Source of the DNA: Pelagomonas calceolata
Lineage: Eukaryota
Direction of reading: 5' to 3'
Length of the DNA stretch: 64,000 bases
Assembly (NCBI GenBank): GCA_918797485.1
Contig: CAKKNE010000004.1
Coordinates: forward strand, 868,001 to 932,000
Below, in pieces: positions 50,592-61,487 of this stretch. Positions within the stretch are counted from its first letter, which is position 1. Every line of letters starts with the position of its first letter. A model generated the notes under the pieces. The model did no database searches, had not been told where the DNA came from, and saw only the letters and a program-made list of their open reading frames with translations. The position numbers were made by a program, and so were the translations under genes.

Positions 50592-53500
50592 TTACAAAGG
50601 CCGCGCCGCCCCGCTCACGCCCGCGACGGGCTTCAGGCGCCGCGGCGACTTCTTCGCGGGCGACGGCCGCGGTCGGGCGGAAGACGCCGGCGTCGCCACG
50701 TTGCCCGCGAAGCGCGCCAACTGCGCGTAGCGGTCGCGGCCCGAGACGCCCGTAGAAAGCTTGGGCGCGAGAGGATCGCTCTTGGGCAGGAGCTGCCGCG
50801 CCGGCGCGGCGGCCTTGGCGATGCTCTGCTTCAAGCGCAGGGCCCCCTCGGCGTCGTCGACATTCCCTTCTTCCTTGTCCGCCGCCCACACCAGCAACTC
50901 GCGGTAGCTCTGGCCCGAGAAGACGTACTGCGTCGCCCGTTCCACACGCTCGTAGAGCGCAAGCATCGCGTCTTCCACAGCCCTTACTTCGTTGAACACC
51001 AAGAGTAGGCGCCTCTCCAGTAGGTCGCGCGCCGCGACTTTCTCCTGCGTATCCTTCAGGGAAGTGGCCCTTTGTATAGCCTCGGCGGCTTGCAAATCCG
51101 CTTCATGATAGCGCGGCAGCAGAGCACCGTGCACCTCCGCCGCGTCCCGGTGCACACAGATCGTCGCCTCCAACTGCTCGAGCGCCCCGATGCCCTGCTT
51201 CATACTGGCACGGACGGCGTCGGCCTCGGCCTTATACCTGTCTGCATCGCTCTGGGCCGCCTGGAGCCGCTGGTACAGTACTGCCGTATCGTCATGCGCT
51301 TTTTCTATGAAGTGCATGCGTCGTAGCCGTTCGACCTCCGTGGAGGCCGTGATGTTGAGCTCCCGTTGCAAAAGCTCGATCTGGGCCCGCTGGTCGTCGT
51401 GCCGCTTCTGCACCAACGCAAACACACGTAATAAAGTCCTCAGGTCGCCCTCGTCATTAACAAGGCAGGCCTTGACCTCCTGCGTCAGTGCGTCCGACTG
51501 GGCGTCGCTTCCCGAATAGCCGCCTAAACCGCGCATACCTCTTCTCACTTTCTCCAGCAAACGCCTTGCCGCTTCGACCCTTGATGATTTGTACGTGATG
51601 TCAACCTTCGGCGGTGTTTGTGGAGCCAGGGCGGCCGCGTCGGCGCCGGTGGAAGATGCCGGCCGCGACGCGATCTCGGGAAACAGGGGCGCCTTGCCCC
51701 GATGGCTCTTTGCGACCTCGTGTCGCGACGACGACACGGCCGCGCTCGGCGGCACGGAGCGCACGGCGTCGCCCGTCAATTCGAGGCCCATCGCGGGTTC
51801 CTCCACTTCCACAGGTGCGTCTTCCTCCACTTCCATAGAACGAAAAGCCTCATTTCGAGCATCGGTCAACACACTAATATCAATGGCAGGTAGTTTGGAC
51901 TGCACCGCCTCGGCGAGTGGCGACGCCATAACTGCTGCACACACCTTCGCCACCTCGACGCGCTGCGTCACGCAGGAGATGCGCTCCTCCTGCCAGGCTT
52001 TCAACACGGGCGCGGCGTCGATGTGTGCAGCGGCCGTTCTAGGTCCACCCAACCCGAGGTAGGCATCTAAATCAAATTTTTCCGAGTGCACGTCGTCGGC
52101 CGACAGGATCTGTTGTCTGGGCGGCCGTCTTTGAGATAAAGCGCCGCGCAGCTGCCTCTCTAGGACTTCTCTCCGATGATTCGAGGTCTCCAGGCGCTGT
52201 TCAATTAACTTCAACCGCTTCGCCAAGGACTCGTTTTCATCGGCGAGCTCCAACCGCAACGCCTCGGCGGCGTTATACTTAACCTGAAAATGGTCCTTCA
52301 GCAAACTACACATGCTAAGAGCGTCGCGGTCCGGCCACGGGATTATGTCAACGGCCTCATTGAGACCGCCTCCCGCCAGCGTGCAGGCCGCCCGCCAGCC
52401 GCCGCGAGCTTCGATCTCCTTCGCTAAGGCCGAAGCGGCCTCCTCGTAGACGATCATTTTTTCGTCAGACGACGAGCCATTTACAGCACTGAGCCACCCG
52501 GCCATGGCTCTAGCTTTCTTGGCAAGTAACGAATTCTCGTGGCGACACACGGCCAACGACTCGACGGACCAGCTGCTCGTGTTCTCGAGGATCTCGTCCG
52601 CAAACGCGTCGATGGCCTCCAAGCGCGCTGCTACTCGTGGGTCGTCGACCCTGTCCCGCAAGTCGACGTACGTCCTCCGCTCGACGCCCAACCTTCCTAG
52701 ATCGCCGGCGGCGTCCGCCAGCGTCGGGCAGGCGTCGTCTAAAAATGAAGCGAGGCGCGTCTCGAAGGCGGCGTCGCTCTCCACCGTTACTGGTTCGTCC
52801 GCGTCCTCCTCGTCTGTCTCTTCTGATATGGTGAGTGGCCTTAATAATTCAAGCGCCTTCGAAGCCGCTTGCTCGTGCGACACGTTGGCGGCCGTCGCTA
52901 CCGTATCAGCAATACTGGACGCGTCTGGTGCTCCGAGTAATTCAGCGATCGACAGCGTAATGGCCCGCGCGACGTCCGGCGCTCGGACGGCCGCCTCCAC
53001 ATATCGCACAGGCGAGTCGGTAGGCGGCGCCTCGTAGCCGTGCGCGTCGAAGTAGCCCTCGGACTTTGTTGGCGAGGCGGCCTCGGGTTCCGGTGATGGG
53101 GCGCGCGGGGCCTCGACGACCGGCGGCGCGGGCCGCTCCTCCTCGGGCGGCGCCGCCGGCGCGGGCTGTATTGCTGCGGGCGCCGCCGCCTCCTTGCGCG
53201 CGGCGTCTAGCGCCGCGGCCTTCCCCCTGTGCGTCGCGGCGAGCGCTCTCCAGGCCTCCTCGCGGGCGGCGTCCAACGCTCCCGTCGCTTCGTTGCGCGC
53301 TGCGGCGAGCGCCGCGGCCGCGCGCGCGTCCTGGCTGGCAAGCTCGTCGCGGTGGGCGGCTTCCAGGGCGGCGAACTTATCTTGAGCCGCTTGGCGCGCC
53401 GCGGCCGCGTCGGCTTCGAGCGCCGCACGCAACGCCTCGAGCGCTTGTGACGCCTCGGCTTGCGCCGCCTCGAGGGCGGCGCGGTGCGCTCTCCGTTCGG

Positions 53501-56500
53501 CGTCGAGCGCCTCGCCGTGGCGTTTCTCCGCGTCCTGCAGCATCACGTCACTAGACTCCCGCGCCGCCGCGAGCTCCGCCGCCGCGGCTTCTCGCAACGA
53601 AGCCAGCTCGGCCTCGTGCGCCGCGAGGGCGATCGTGTCCGGCGAGCCGCTCGCGACGGCGGCGGAGAGGCGCTCGCACGTCGCCGCCGACTGCCTGAGG
53701 GCGGCGTCGCAGGCGCGGAAGGCCGCGCAGCTGGCGGCTCCACCGCTCTCGAGATGCGTAGAGGCGGCCGCCGCGCGCGCGAGGTCCGCGGCGCAGGCGT
53801 CGAACGCCGCCTGGCCTGCGGCCTCGCGCGCGGCCTGGGAGGTTACGGCGCCGTCGAGCGCCGCGGAACGCGCGCCGAACGCGGCCTCGCCGGCGTCGAT
53901 CGTGTCGGTCAGCGCCGCGACGCGCGCCTCGGCCGCGGCGGCGCGGTCGTCGGCCGCCGACGCGGCGTCGCGGGCGGCCGCCAGCTCGGCCGCGTCGGTG
54001 GCTGGTGCTTCGGGCGTTTTGGGGGCTTCGGGCGCCGGGACCACCTCTGCGGCTTCGGCGGCGAGGCGTTCCGCCTCGCGGCGCGCGGCCTCCGCTTCCG
54101 CCTCGCGGCGTGCGGCTTCTTCGGCCTCGGCGGCCGCGCGCTCCGCCTCCGCCTGCGCGGCGGCGGCGCGCTCTGCCTCCGCCTGCGCCGCGGCGGCGCG
54201 CTCCGCCTCCAGACGCGCGGCCTCCGCCTCGGCGGCCAGGCGCTCCGCTTCCAGGCGCGCCGCCTCCTCCGCGGCGGCACGCTCGAGTCCCGCGATGCGT
54301 TCGGCCTCGAGCCGCGCCGCCTCGACCTCCGCCGCGGCGACGCGGTCCGCCTCGATACGCGCGGCCTCCTCGGCCGCCGCGGCGCCGGCCTTCGCCGACG
54401 CGCTCTTCTTCAATTTCGCGAGCAAGCCGGTGGCCCGCGCCGCGCGCTTCATCCAAGGCTTGGCAGCGGGCGCCTCCGGGACGCTCTTCGACGCCAGGGC
54501 CTTGGCCTTCGTCCGTAGGAGAGCGCAGGCGCCGACGAACGTCGCCTCCAATCCTGTTCGCGTCGCCTCGACTTCGGTTTTGTCGACCGAGTTCCGTTCC
54601 TCTTCTAAAGCAGCATGGGCCTGCTTCAGGAACGCTGTCAATTCTTCCACGTTCCGGGAAAGTTCCGCCTTCGCCGTGGCCAGCTCCAGTTTCTGGCGCC
54701 GCTCTTCTTCAAGCTCGGCTTCGGTTTTCTGGTGCTTCTCTCTTAATGCGTCGGCGTCGTTCCTGAGTTTCGCGGCGTAGTGGTCGTCGAGTACCAAATG
54801 GACGTGGGCGTCGTCGCCACCGGTCAAATGCTCTTCTATGGTCTCCAGGATTCGCGCGTCCTGGTCGCAGGCCTCCGCCAACGCATCTTCACCATGGTGC
54901 TCCTCCTCGGTGGCGAGCGCCTCCAGTAGCCGTCGCGACGACCGCCCTTTGCAAGCTATCGACTTCGTCTGCTCTCGTAACTGCCTCTGCGCGGCGTCGA
55001 CGCGCTTCCTATGAGCCTCGAGCACCGCTCGACGCGCGACGTCGGGCAGCACACTACCAACACTTTGTAAGGCTTCCTTCAAGATGATGTGGTCGCCGTC
55101 GTCGACTGACGGAGGCACTGCGGAGAGGCGCCGCTCGAGCTCGGCGCACTCATTTGACTTCGCCGCGAGCTGGGCTCGCAGTCCATCAATCTGCTTCAAT
55201 AGAGCGTCGTCTTTGATCGGCGACGGCGGGCCGTCGGGCTCCTCCTCTTTCATCGGTGAGTTTCCACCATCCTCCACGGCGATCGGCGTCCGCGCGCGCG
55301 ACCCGCGGTCCTCCATCTGGACAGGCTTCACGAGGGGCGAGCTGGCCCCGTCCCGGACCGTCGCGACCGCGGTGTTGCTCCCGACGTCCTCAGTGGTCGC
55401 ATGTGGCATTGGCGACGCCCCGCCGTCGGCCACCTCCACAACGGCGTTCGACCCTTGATGACACACCTCGAGTTTTAACGGAGACGCGCTGCCGTCGCGG
55501 GTCTCCCTTCGTAACTCGTCGGCCTCGCGCAACAACTTGTCTTTCATCTGCTCGAGCTTGTCAATAGTAGACTGGCTAGCACTCAACTCGTCCTGGGACG
55601 CGCGGAGCGCCCTTTGTAGCTTGGAGACCTCTTCCTGCGACGCCCGGAGCGCCTCACTATGGTCGTCGCCGGAGGCTTGAGGTGCCTGAGGCGCGGGCGC
55701 TGCCTGAGGCTCAGGCGCCGGCGCCGCGGCGGCCCGGGCCTCGGCGGCCCGGCAGCGCTCCTCGAAGGCCTCGGCGGCCTTGCGCGCCGCCGCCGAGACC
55801 TCCCTCTCATTCATTAGTTCTTGGGCGAGTCGCTCCGTCTTCCTCTGCTCTTCAGCTAGTTCGGTTTTGACGGCGTCGAGCTCACTATTGTCCGTACCGC
55901 CGTCGTCCTCCAGGGCGTCGAGGGCCAGGTGCGCCCGCCGCAAGTCGTCCAGCGCTGCATCGCGCGCGCCCGTCATGGCCGTCAAGTCCTTCCTCGTCTC
56001 CTCCAACTGCCCGCTCAGCTCCGCCGCCCGTCTCCGCGCCTCATCGGCCTCCTCCTCGGCCCGCACCGTCGCTCGTCTCGCTTGATTTACGGCCTCCACA
56101 AGTTCCGCGTCACCCTCCGACGCCTTCGCCAAAGCGTCATCTGCTTTCTGCCTCCTATAAGCCGCGACCAGCTCGTCCACGGTCTCGGCCATGGCCGGGT
56201 CGCGCCATTTCAAGTTGGCGAGCCGATCCTGCTCCTGGACGGCGGCGACGAGGGCTTCCATTCTTTCCAACTCACGAGCGGACTCCTCCCGGACGGTGTC
56301 CGCGACTTGCCGCGACGCCCTGGCCTTTGTACTCATATCAATAGCGTGGGCCTCCATCAGTTTGCGCTCGTCGACGGCTTTCTGCGCTTCGAGGCGCATC
56401 TGCTCTACCACTGTGGACATCGCCTCGATTTCCCGCGCTGTTCTCTCTAGTAGTTCCCTCTTGAGACTCTGGAACTCGGCGTGCTTCTGCACGTTCATTT

Positions 56501-57110
56501 CATGGTCCTTCTCCGCTTCGGCGCGTACCCTTTCTGAAATTACTTGAATGTGCTCGCGCGTCGCCTCCGCGCATCTCAGAGCTCTTTCTAAACCTTCGTC
56601 CGATCGTTTGATGCGCTCCACCAACGATTCCGTGTCCTTGGCCGCGGCCTCCGTCTCGGCCAACCGATGCTGCGAGATACTCGTGGCCCAGGCCTCCGCC
56701 GACGCCAACGCGTTCGACACATCTGCACGCTTCCATTCTGATGTTCTAAAGACGTCGTCGACGACTAACCGGCCGAGGTCCGGGTCCTCCCTTGGTATGC
56801 TCCGATCCTTCTCATCAAAGGCGTCGAGGATGGTCGTAATTCGTTGCGACGTCCCCCTTAGTTCATTCATGGCCTCCAAGCGCTGTTCTAGGGCCGTGGG
56901 CTCGTCCAACAGCGGCGGGCGGGCCCTTACAACTTTCTTGCGCTTAACCGGCTCCGGGGCGCGCGGGATGGGTTGCAAGTGGGCTTTGGCGTCCTGTCTA
57001 GGTCGTCTCCGACGATGGGCCGTGGCCACGCGCGTCCGCGCGACGTCCGCCAGGATCGAGGCGGCGTCGCCCAGGCGCGGCGGCGCCGCCGCCTCGTGTA
57101 CTGTTTCCAT
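50592..57110 (-). CDS. Very large coiled-coil protein with EAARLEAER repeats
   Basis: Long uninterrupted ORF; likely start METVHE at 57110; E/A/R heptads. Confidence 0.75.
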   Translation of the reverse strand: METVHEAAAPPRLGDAASILADVARTRVATAHRRRRPRQDAKAHLQPIPRAPEPVKRKKVVRARPPLLDEPTALEQRLEAMNELRGTSQRITTILDAFDEKDRSIPREDPDLGRLVVDDVFRTSEWKRADVSNALASAEAWATSISQHRLAETEAAAKDTESLVERIKRSDEGLERALRCAEATREHIQVISERVRAEAEKDHEMNVQKHAEFQSLKRELLERTAREIEAMSTVVEQMRLEAQKAVDERKLMEAHAIDMSTKARASRQVADTVREESARELERMEALVAAVQEQDRLANLKWRDPAMAETVDELVAAYRRQKADDALAKASEGDAELVEAVNQARRATVRAEEEADEARRRAAELSGQLEETRKDLTAMTGARDAALDDLRRAHLALDALEDDGGTDNSELDAVKTELAEEQRKTERLAQELMNEREVSAAARKAAEAFEERCRAAEARAAAAPAPEPQAAPAPQAPQASGDDHSEALRASQEEVSKLQRALRASQDELSASQSTIDKLEQMKDKLLREADELRRETRDGSASPLKLEVCHQGSNAVVEVADGGASPMPHATTEDVGSNTAVATVRDGASSPLVKPVQMEDRGSRARTPIAVEDGGNSPMKEEEPDGPPSPIKDDALLKQIDGLRAQLAAKSNECAELERRLSAVPPSVDDGDHIILKEALQSVGSVLPDVARRAVLEAHRKRVDAAQRQLREQTKSIACKGRSSRRLLEALATEEEHHGEDALAEACDQDARILETIEEHLTGGDDAHVHLVLDDHYAAKLRNDADALREKHQKTEAELEEERRQKLELATAKAELSRNVEELTAFLKQAHAALEEERNSVDKTEVEATRTGLEATFVGACALLRTKAKALASKSVPEAPAAKPWMKRAARATGLLAKLKKSASAKAGAAAAEEAARIEADRVAAAEVEAARLEAERIAGLERAAAEEAARLEAERLAAEAEAARLEAERAAAAQAEAERAAAAQAEAERAAAEAEEAARREAEAEAARREAERLAAEAAEVVPAPEAPKTPEAPATDAAELAAARDAASAADDRAAAAEARVAALTDTIDAGEAAFGARSAALDGAVTSQAAREAAGQAAFDACAADLARAAAASTHLESGGAASCAAFRACDAALRQSAATCERLSAAVASGSPDTIALAAHEAELASLREAAAAELAAARESSDVMLQDAEKRHGEALDAERRAHRAALEAAQAEASQALEALRAALEADAAAARQAAQDKFAALEAAHRDELASQDARAAAALAAARNEATGALDAAREEAWRALAATHRGKAAALDAARKEAAAPAAIQPAPAAPPEEERPAPPVVEAPRAPSPEPEAASPTKSEGYFDAHGYEAPPTDSPVRYVEAAVRAPDVARAITLSIAELLGAPDASSIADTVATAANVSHEQAASKALELLRPLTISEETDEEDADEPVTVESDAAFETRLASFLDDACPTLADAAGDLGRLGVERRTYVDLRDRVDDPRVAARLEAIDAFADEILENTSSWSVESLAVCRHENSLLAKKARAMAGWLSAVNGSSSDEKMIVYEEAASALAKEIEARGGWRAACTLAGGGLNEAVDIIPWPDRDALSMCSLLKDHFQVKYNAAEALRLELADENESLAKRLKLIEQRLETSNHRREVLERQLRGALSQRRPPRQQILSADDVHSEKFDLDAYLGLGGPRTAAAHIDAAPVLKAWQEERISCVTQRVEVAKVCAAVMASPLAEAVQSKLPAIDISVLTDARNEAFRSMEVEEDAPVEVEEPAMGLELTGDAVRSVPPSAAVSSSRHEVAKSHRGKAPLFPEIASRPASSTGADAAALAPQTPPKVDITYKSSRVEAARRLLEKVRRGMRGLGGYSGSDAQSDALTQEVKACLVNDEGDLRTLLRVFALVQKRHDDQRAQIELLQRELNITASTEVERLRRMHFIEKAHDDTAVLYQRLQAAQSDADRYKAEADAVRASMKQGIGALEQLEATICVHRDAAEVHGALLPRYHEADLQAAEAIQRATSLKDTQEKVAARDLLERRLLLVFNEVRAVEDAMLALYERVERATQYVFSGQSYRELLVWAADKEEGNVDDAEGALRLKQSIAKAAAPARQLLPKSDPLAPKLSTGVSGRDRYAQLARFAGNVATPASSARPRPSPAKKSPRRLKPVAGVSGAARPL

Positions 57111-57650
57111 GGCGCTGTTCGTCCGAGGCTTCGACGAGGCGGCGGCGGCGCCCTCCGGAGGGCTGCCCCTAAGAGCTGCCTCCAAGCGCCCCGGCGCCCG
57201 CCGGCGCAATGAGGGCCGCTCCGGCGCTGCGCCAGGGACCCAGCGTAAGCGCGTGGCCAGCTCAAACCCACCGCTGGGGCAGCGCTTTATAGCGGCTGCG
57301 CCCACAGACAGGAGAGCGTTTTGGGCTTTGGGCCTGGAAACGCGGCCGCCGCAGGAGTGCTCCCGCCGGCATGGATACCCCTCGAGGACCCCCACGAGGA
57401 CCGCACGGCGGCCCAGAGAGGGGGGAACCCGCGCGCCTCTCTCATGTGCCTTGTGTGAGCCACGGCGTGCCCCACAAATCGCGCCGCGACGAAGGTGTCA
57501 GCGCGCAAGCGCTGCGACGCGGTCGCTGTCGAGCCGCCAGGACCGCCCACGCGTTTTCAAGGCTGCCCCCCAGCGCTTCTACCCTCCAAAGGGCTGCCTT
57601 ACAAACATCGCAGCGACCGCTTCAAAGCCGCCCAACACCACAAAACACCC

Positions 57651-58592
57651 ATGCCCCTCAAAGTACAAGCCCACGACCTCGTCCACGAGACCGGTCCAAG
57701 AAAAAACACGGCCATTCCGGTGAGGGGCGAGGCGCGGACGCTCGGCCTCAAGGGTGACTACAGAAACTTCGAGAAGGACTGCGGCGTGTCGCGCGAGCAT
57801 TGTACCATAAGAAGTCCGGACAAGCACCGGTCGCTCTGGGTCGAGGATCGGTTGTCGCGGAAGGGCACCTACGTGTGCATCGGCGGAGCGGGTAAAGCGT
57901 GCGAGACCTTTCCGGTGTTTCCTGATGTTTGTTTGCGGTTGTCGAAGTCGAATTTTTATTTTGCGGCGCCGCCCGAACGAGGTAGGGAGGAGTCCTCGTC
58001 GGAGGAGGAAGACGAGGACGAGGACGACGACGCAGAGTCTGACGTTTCGTTGTCAGATGACGATGATACTATCAATGAAGACGTTGATCATAGACTGCTT
58101 GTTAAATTTAGAGGGCCTCATACTAAAAGACAGAGACGCGTCGTGTTGACTGGTTCCACCACAATCGGTGCTTCTGATGACTGTGACATCGTCCTCAAGG
58201 ATGATGATGAAATGGCGCCCGTGCACTGTTCGGTAGAGCTCGACAAGGACAAGGGCGTCTTCTTCGTCAAGCCCCATGATACGTCGTCAGGTACGTACGT
58301 CAAGCTCTCCGAAAAAACTTCTTTCGAGCTCAACGAAGGCGACGTTTTGCGGTTGGGCGACGCGCGACTCGGTGTGCGGAAGACGGAGGCCTGGGCGTTT
58401 AGTGGGTGGCTGGATTCCATGCTGCTGAAGCTCGCTCTTTGCTTATTTAAGGTCGAAGAGAATCATCGGGAGCGGCTCAAGCCGCTCGGGGAGACATATG
58501 TGTGGAACCGGTTCCGGGCGTATCGCAAAAGAAGCGGCAAGCGCCACGACCCGCCGGTGGGCGAGCGGGGGTGGCGGGCGGGGGCTTGTTGA
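57651..58592 (+). CDS. Tandem FHA-domain protein
   Basis: GVSREHC..DRLSRKGTYV and TIGASDDCDIVL..HC..SSGTYV..LNEGDVLRLG. Confidence 0.75.
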   Translation: MPLKVQAHDLVHETGPRKNTAIPVRGEARTLGLKGDYRNFEKDCGVSREHCTIRSPDKHRSLWVEDRLSRKGTYVCIGGAGKACETFPVFPDVCLRLSKSNFYFAAPPERGREESSSEEEDEDEDDDAESDVSLSDDDDTINEDVDHRLLVKFRGPHTKRQRRVVLTGSTTIGASDDCDIVLKDDDEMAPVHCSVELDKDKGVFFVKPHDTSSGTYVKLSEKTSFELNEGDVLRLGDARLGVRKTEAWAFSGWLDSMLLKLALCLFKVEENHRERLKPLGETYVWNRFRAYRKRSGKRHDPPVGERGWRAGAC

Positions 58593-58770
58593 GGAGTGTT
58601 CCCTGGGGAGTAAGTGTTGGTCTGGTTGCCCGCGGGCGCTGTCCGGGGGTCGCGATAGTCCCGCAGATTGAATCTACTTGCCTCCGATACATGTGCTGGA
58701 TGTTCTTAAGAGTGCTTCCACTTTTCGAAAGTGGAGAGAATCCGCCGTGACCCTGGCCAACGCGCGTTTA

Positions 58771-58793
58771 GCTAGCGGCTGTAAGACACTAGC
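58771..58793 (+). promoter_or_regulatory. Recurrent upstream motif GCTAGC-N3-5-GTAAGACACTAG (representative copy)
   Basis: Also at 9655, 24837, 27278 and 47978; each lies about 140-230 bp before an ATG. Confidence 0.6.
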
Positions 58794-58986
58794 AGGCAAG
58801 CAAGCCGGGCCTGCGAGGGAAATTGCTGCTGCTGCTGCGCCAGAGCTGGTGGCGAGTGCAGAAATAGCCACATACGTCACCGCTGCGACCCCTCGCTCCG
58901 CAGCGACGTCGCAGAACCGCGCCAAAGAAGCGCCAGCCACACCTGGTCTCCCAGCACCACGCTGTCGCCGCGCGGTACGAGCAACG

Positions 58987-61431
58987 ATGCAGTACGGCGG
59001 CGGCGCGGGCTACAATGAATACGGTCAAAATACGAGCCGCGTCGGCGACCATGATATGAGAGTTGTGGACCGGGCGCAGCACGGCGACGGCGTCGATTAT
59101 ACCTACCAGGCGCGACACTATAGTGGAGGCGGCACGTACAGTCAACCGGCGGGCCCGGCCATGCCCCCGATGCCGCCGCCGGCGCCGGCGCCTCCGGTGC
59201 CGCCGCAGTACCAGGCCCCACAGGCCCCACAAGCACCGCACGACCCCCACGCCGTCGGCGATTGGCAGTGCACCTACTGCGACAACGTCAACTGGGCCAA
59301 AAGGACGCAGTGCCACAAGTGCCAGCGGCCGCGGCCTGCGGTGATGCCGACGATCCCCATGGGCGGCCGCGGCTCGGGACGTTTAGGCCAGAATCCCGTC
59401 TCAGCAGCATCGTCTACTTATTTAGATCCGAGGCACGAAGGTTTAGCTCGTAGAACGTCGGAGATCGACTGGAGGTGTCCGACCTGTGATTTCATCAACT
59501 TGAGTGGAAGATTGACCTGCAACCAATGTAGGGTCGCGATCCCGGGCGACGGCTACGCGGCGATGCACGGCGGGTCGCTGGCGGGCTACGAGCGACTACG
59601 ACCGCCGGTTGGTGCTGGGATTGTCTGTCGCGATAGTGCGTTCGACTGGAGATGTCCCCAGTGCCGGCAGCAGAACTGCGCCGGGAGGTGGTTTTGTGAA
59701 TGGTGCGACGCCAAGTGCCCGCCCATCGGCTACGTCGAGCTGCTTTCACCTAGACAATTAGCACCGCCGCCCGTGCGCGTGATTGATTACGCGGAACCGC
59801 CGGCCGCGATGGCGCCAGTACCAGCCAAGGAAGAAACGCCCTTACCAGAACTCTTCCGGAAGACGGGCACGTGGCAGGAGACGCTGGAGTTAGTACAAAC
59901 AAAGGGCTGCCCCGACGCCGACGCGTGTGCGTCTCTATTTGCGAGATTGGGGAGGACAAGGCCCGACTCGCGAGCTTTAGTACGAGGCGACGCACGATTC
60001 GCCCGGGCACTGGACGCGTTGACGACGCAGGCGTCGTCACTGAGTTCGGATCAATTGGGAGACGTCGTGACGGGTCTAGGAAAATTGGGCTGTGGAAAAA
60101 AGGACTACGGCGCGTCAAAGACGCAATATCAAACCCAAAGGTTGCGCGAGGAGGCCTGTTTGTTGAAAGTTTCCCAAGCTTGTGTTGATAAGTGTCCGTC
60201 GGCATCTTCAGGGGATGTGGTCAACGTCATCTTCGGCTTTGCGATCGTGGGACATGCGTCTTCGGAATTGATCAAAGCCGTCGTCGCAGCCGCGACGCAG
60301 GATGACGACTTCCTCGGCGTGCGCGAGACGGCCAATGTGTTGTGGGCGCTGGAGGCGTTGGGCCATGGTCCTTCTTCTGAGTGTGCTGGTTCGTTGTTCC
60401 GGAGGGCGCTACCGGTACTGTCGGATGCCCCGTCGAAGCTCACGGAGCGCTACGCGGGACGAGCCTTGTGGGCCTACCGCGCGGCGAAGGTGCCGGCGTT
60501 ATTTGATAAAGTGTGTGGGAAATGTGAATCGTCAATAGCGCACTGGACGCCGTCGGCCGTGGCTCTGCTGATCCGCGCCGTCGCCGACGCCGGTGTTGCC
60601 CAGGACAAAGTGGCCGACGTGTGCTCGAAACATGTCACGGACCGCCGCGAGGCGTACGGCGCGTCGTCGCTCGTCGACGCGGCGTGGGGGCTCGCTTGTT
60701 ATGGTGGGAGGGAGGACGCCGTTACGGCTGCTTTAGAATCGTTAGACTACGCTTGCGTAGGACGGCGCGACGCCGAGGGCGACGGGTTGGCGCGCGGGGG
60801 CCTGGCGACCTTAGGACGGACCTTTGCGGCGTGTTTACAACCACCGTTGAATGGCGCGGACGCCTTCGCGCGTTGTGTCGCGCAGGAGTGTCATACGTTG
60901 TCGCCCGACGACCTGGTTGTGGTCGCGGAATCGTTCGCGGCGCTCCTAGCAAGAAAGGTATCGAACGGTCCTACAGGCATGGTGTTAGTCTCCGGTGACG
61001 GGAAACCTTGGAGTGGCGGCGGCGCGGACGTTTCATTAGCTTTGACGAACGCCGCCGTCTCCCTTAAAGGCGACTGCGACGGCGCGACTCTATTGCGGCT
61101 GCGCGGCGCCTTGGAGTCCGCGGGCTGCGCTTCGTTACTGCCGCAGGACTTCGTCTCTGGTGCGCCGACGGCGCCGGCGCTGGACGAAGCGCTCGCGCTG
61201 TTCAACGAAGCTCGAGCGTCGAAGCTCGCCGCGGTGCCTTCCGCGTCGCCCGCGGTGCCTTCCGACGAACCCGCCGCGAAGCGCGCGCGCGTCGACGACG
61301 ATCTCGACGCCGACGCGGTCAAGAAACTTACCGTGCCGAAATTGCGCGCGGCGCTGACATCGCGCGGCCTCGACGCGTCGGGCCTCAAGGCGGCGCTGCA
61401 GGCGAGGTTGTTGGGGGCTATTGTTGGGTAA
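58987..61431 (+). CDS. Nucleic-acid-binding protein: three RanBP2-type zinc fingers, FAST/OPR-like helical repeats, C-terminal SAP domain
   Basis: DWQCTYCDNVNWAKRTQCHKC, DWRCPTC..N..CNQC, DWRCPQC..N..CEWC; ANVLWALEALG-type repeats; KKLTVPKLRAALTSRGLDASGLKAALQARL. Confidence 0.85.
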   Translation: MQYGGGAGYNEYGQNTSRVGDHDMRVVDRAQHGDGVDYTYQARHYSGGGTYSQPAGPAMPPMPPPAPAPPVPPQYQAPQAPQAPHDPHAVGDWQCTYCDNVNWAKRTQCHKCQRPRPAVMPTIPMGGRGSGRLGQNPVSAASSTYLDPRHEGLARRTSEIDWRCPTCDFINLSGRLTCNQCRVAIPGDGYAAMHGGSLAGYERLRPPVGAGIVCRDSAFDWRCPQCRQQNCAGRWFCEWCDAKCPPIGYVELLSPRQLAPPPVRVIDYAEPPAAMAPVPAKEETPLPELFRKTGTWQETLELVQTKGCPDADACASLFARLGRTRPDSRALVRGDARFARALDALTTQASSLSSDQLGDVVTGLGKLGCGKKDYGASKTQYQTQRLREEACLLKVSQACVDKCPSASSGDVVNVIFGFAIVGHASSELIKAVVAAATQDDDFLGVRETANVLWALEALGHGPSSECAGSLFRRALPVLSDAPSKLTERYAGRALWAYRAAKVPALFDKVCGKCESSIAHWTPSAVALLIRAVADAGVAQDKVADVCSKHVTDRREAYGASSLVDAAWGLACYGGREDAVTAALESLDYACVGRRDAEGDGLARGGLATLGRTFAACLQPPLNGADAFARCVAQECHTLSPDDLVVVAESFAALLARKVSNGPTGMVLVSGDGKPWSGGGADVSLALTNAAVSLKGDCDGATLLRLRGALESAGCASLLPQDFVSGAPTAPALDEALALFNEARASKLAAVPSASPAVPSDEPAAKRARVDDDLDADAVKKLTVPKLRAALTSRGLDASGLKAALQARLLGAIVG

Positions 61432-61487
61432 CTTATTGAATTATGAACCTGTCCTTTGTGGCTCTGAGACACCTTACGTGTACTTTT

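Noticed and set aside
53460..54780. Long antisense and alternative-frame ORFs (also 5256-6696, 18969-20132, 36133-37440)
   Set aside because: Shadow ORFs expected from high GC and low-complexity Ala/Arg codons opposite real genes
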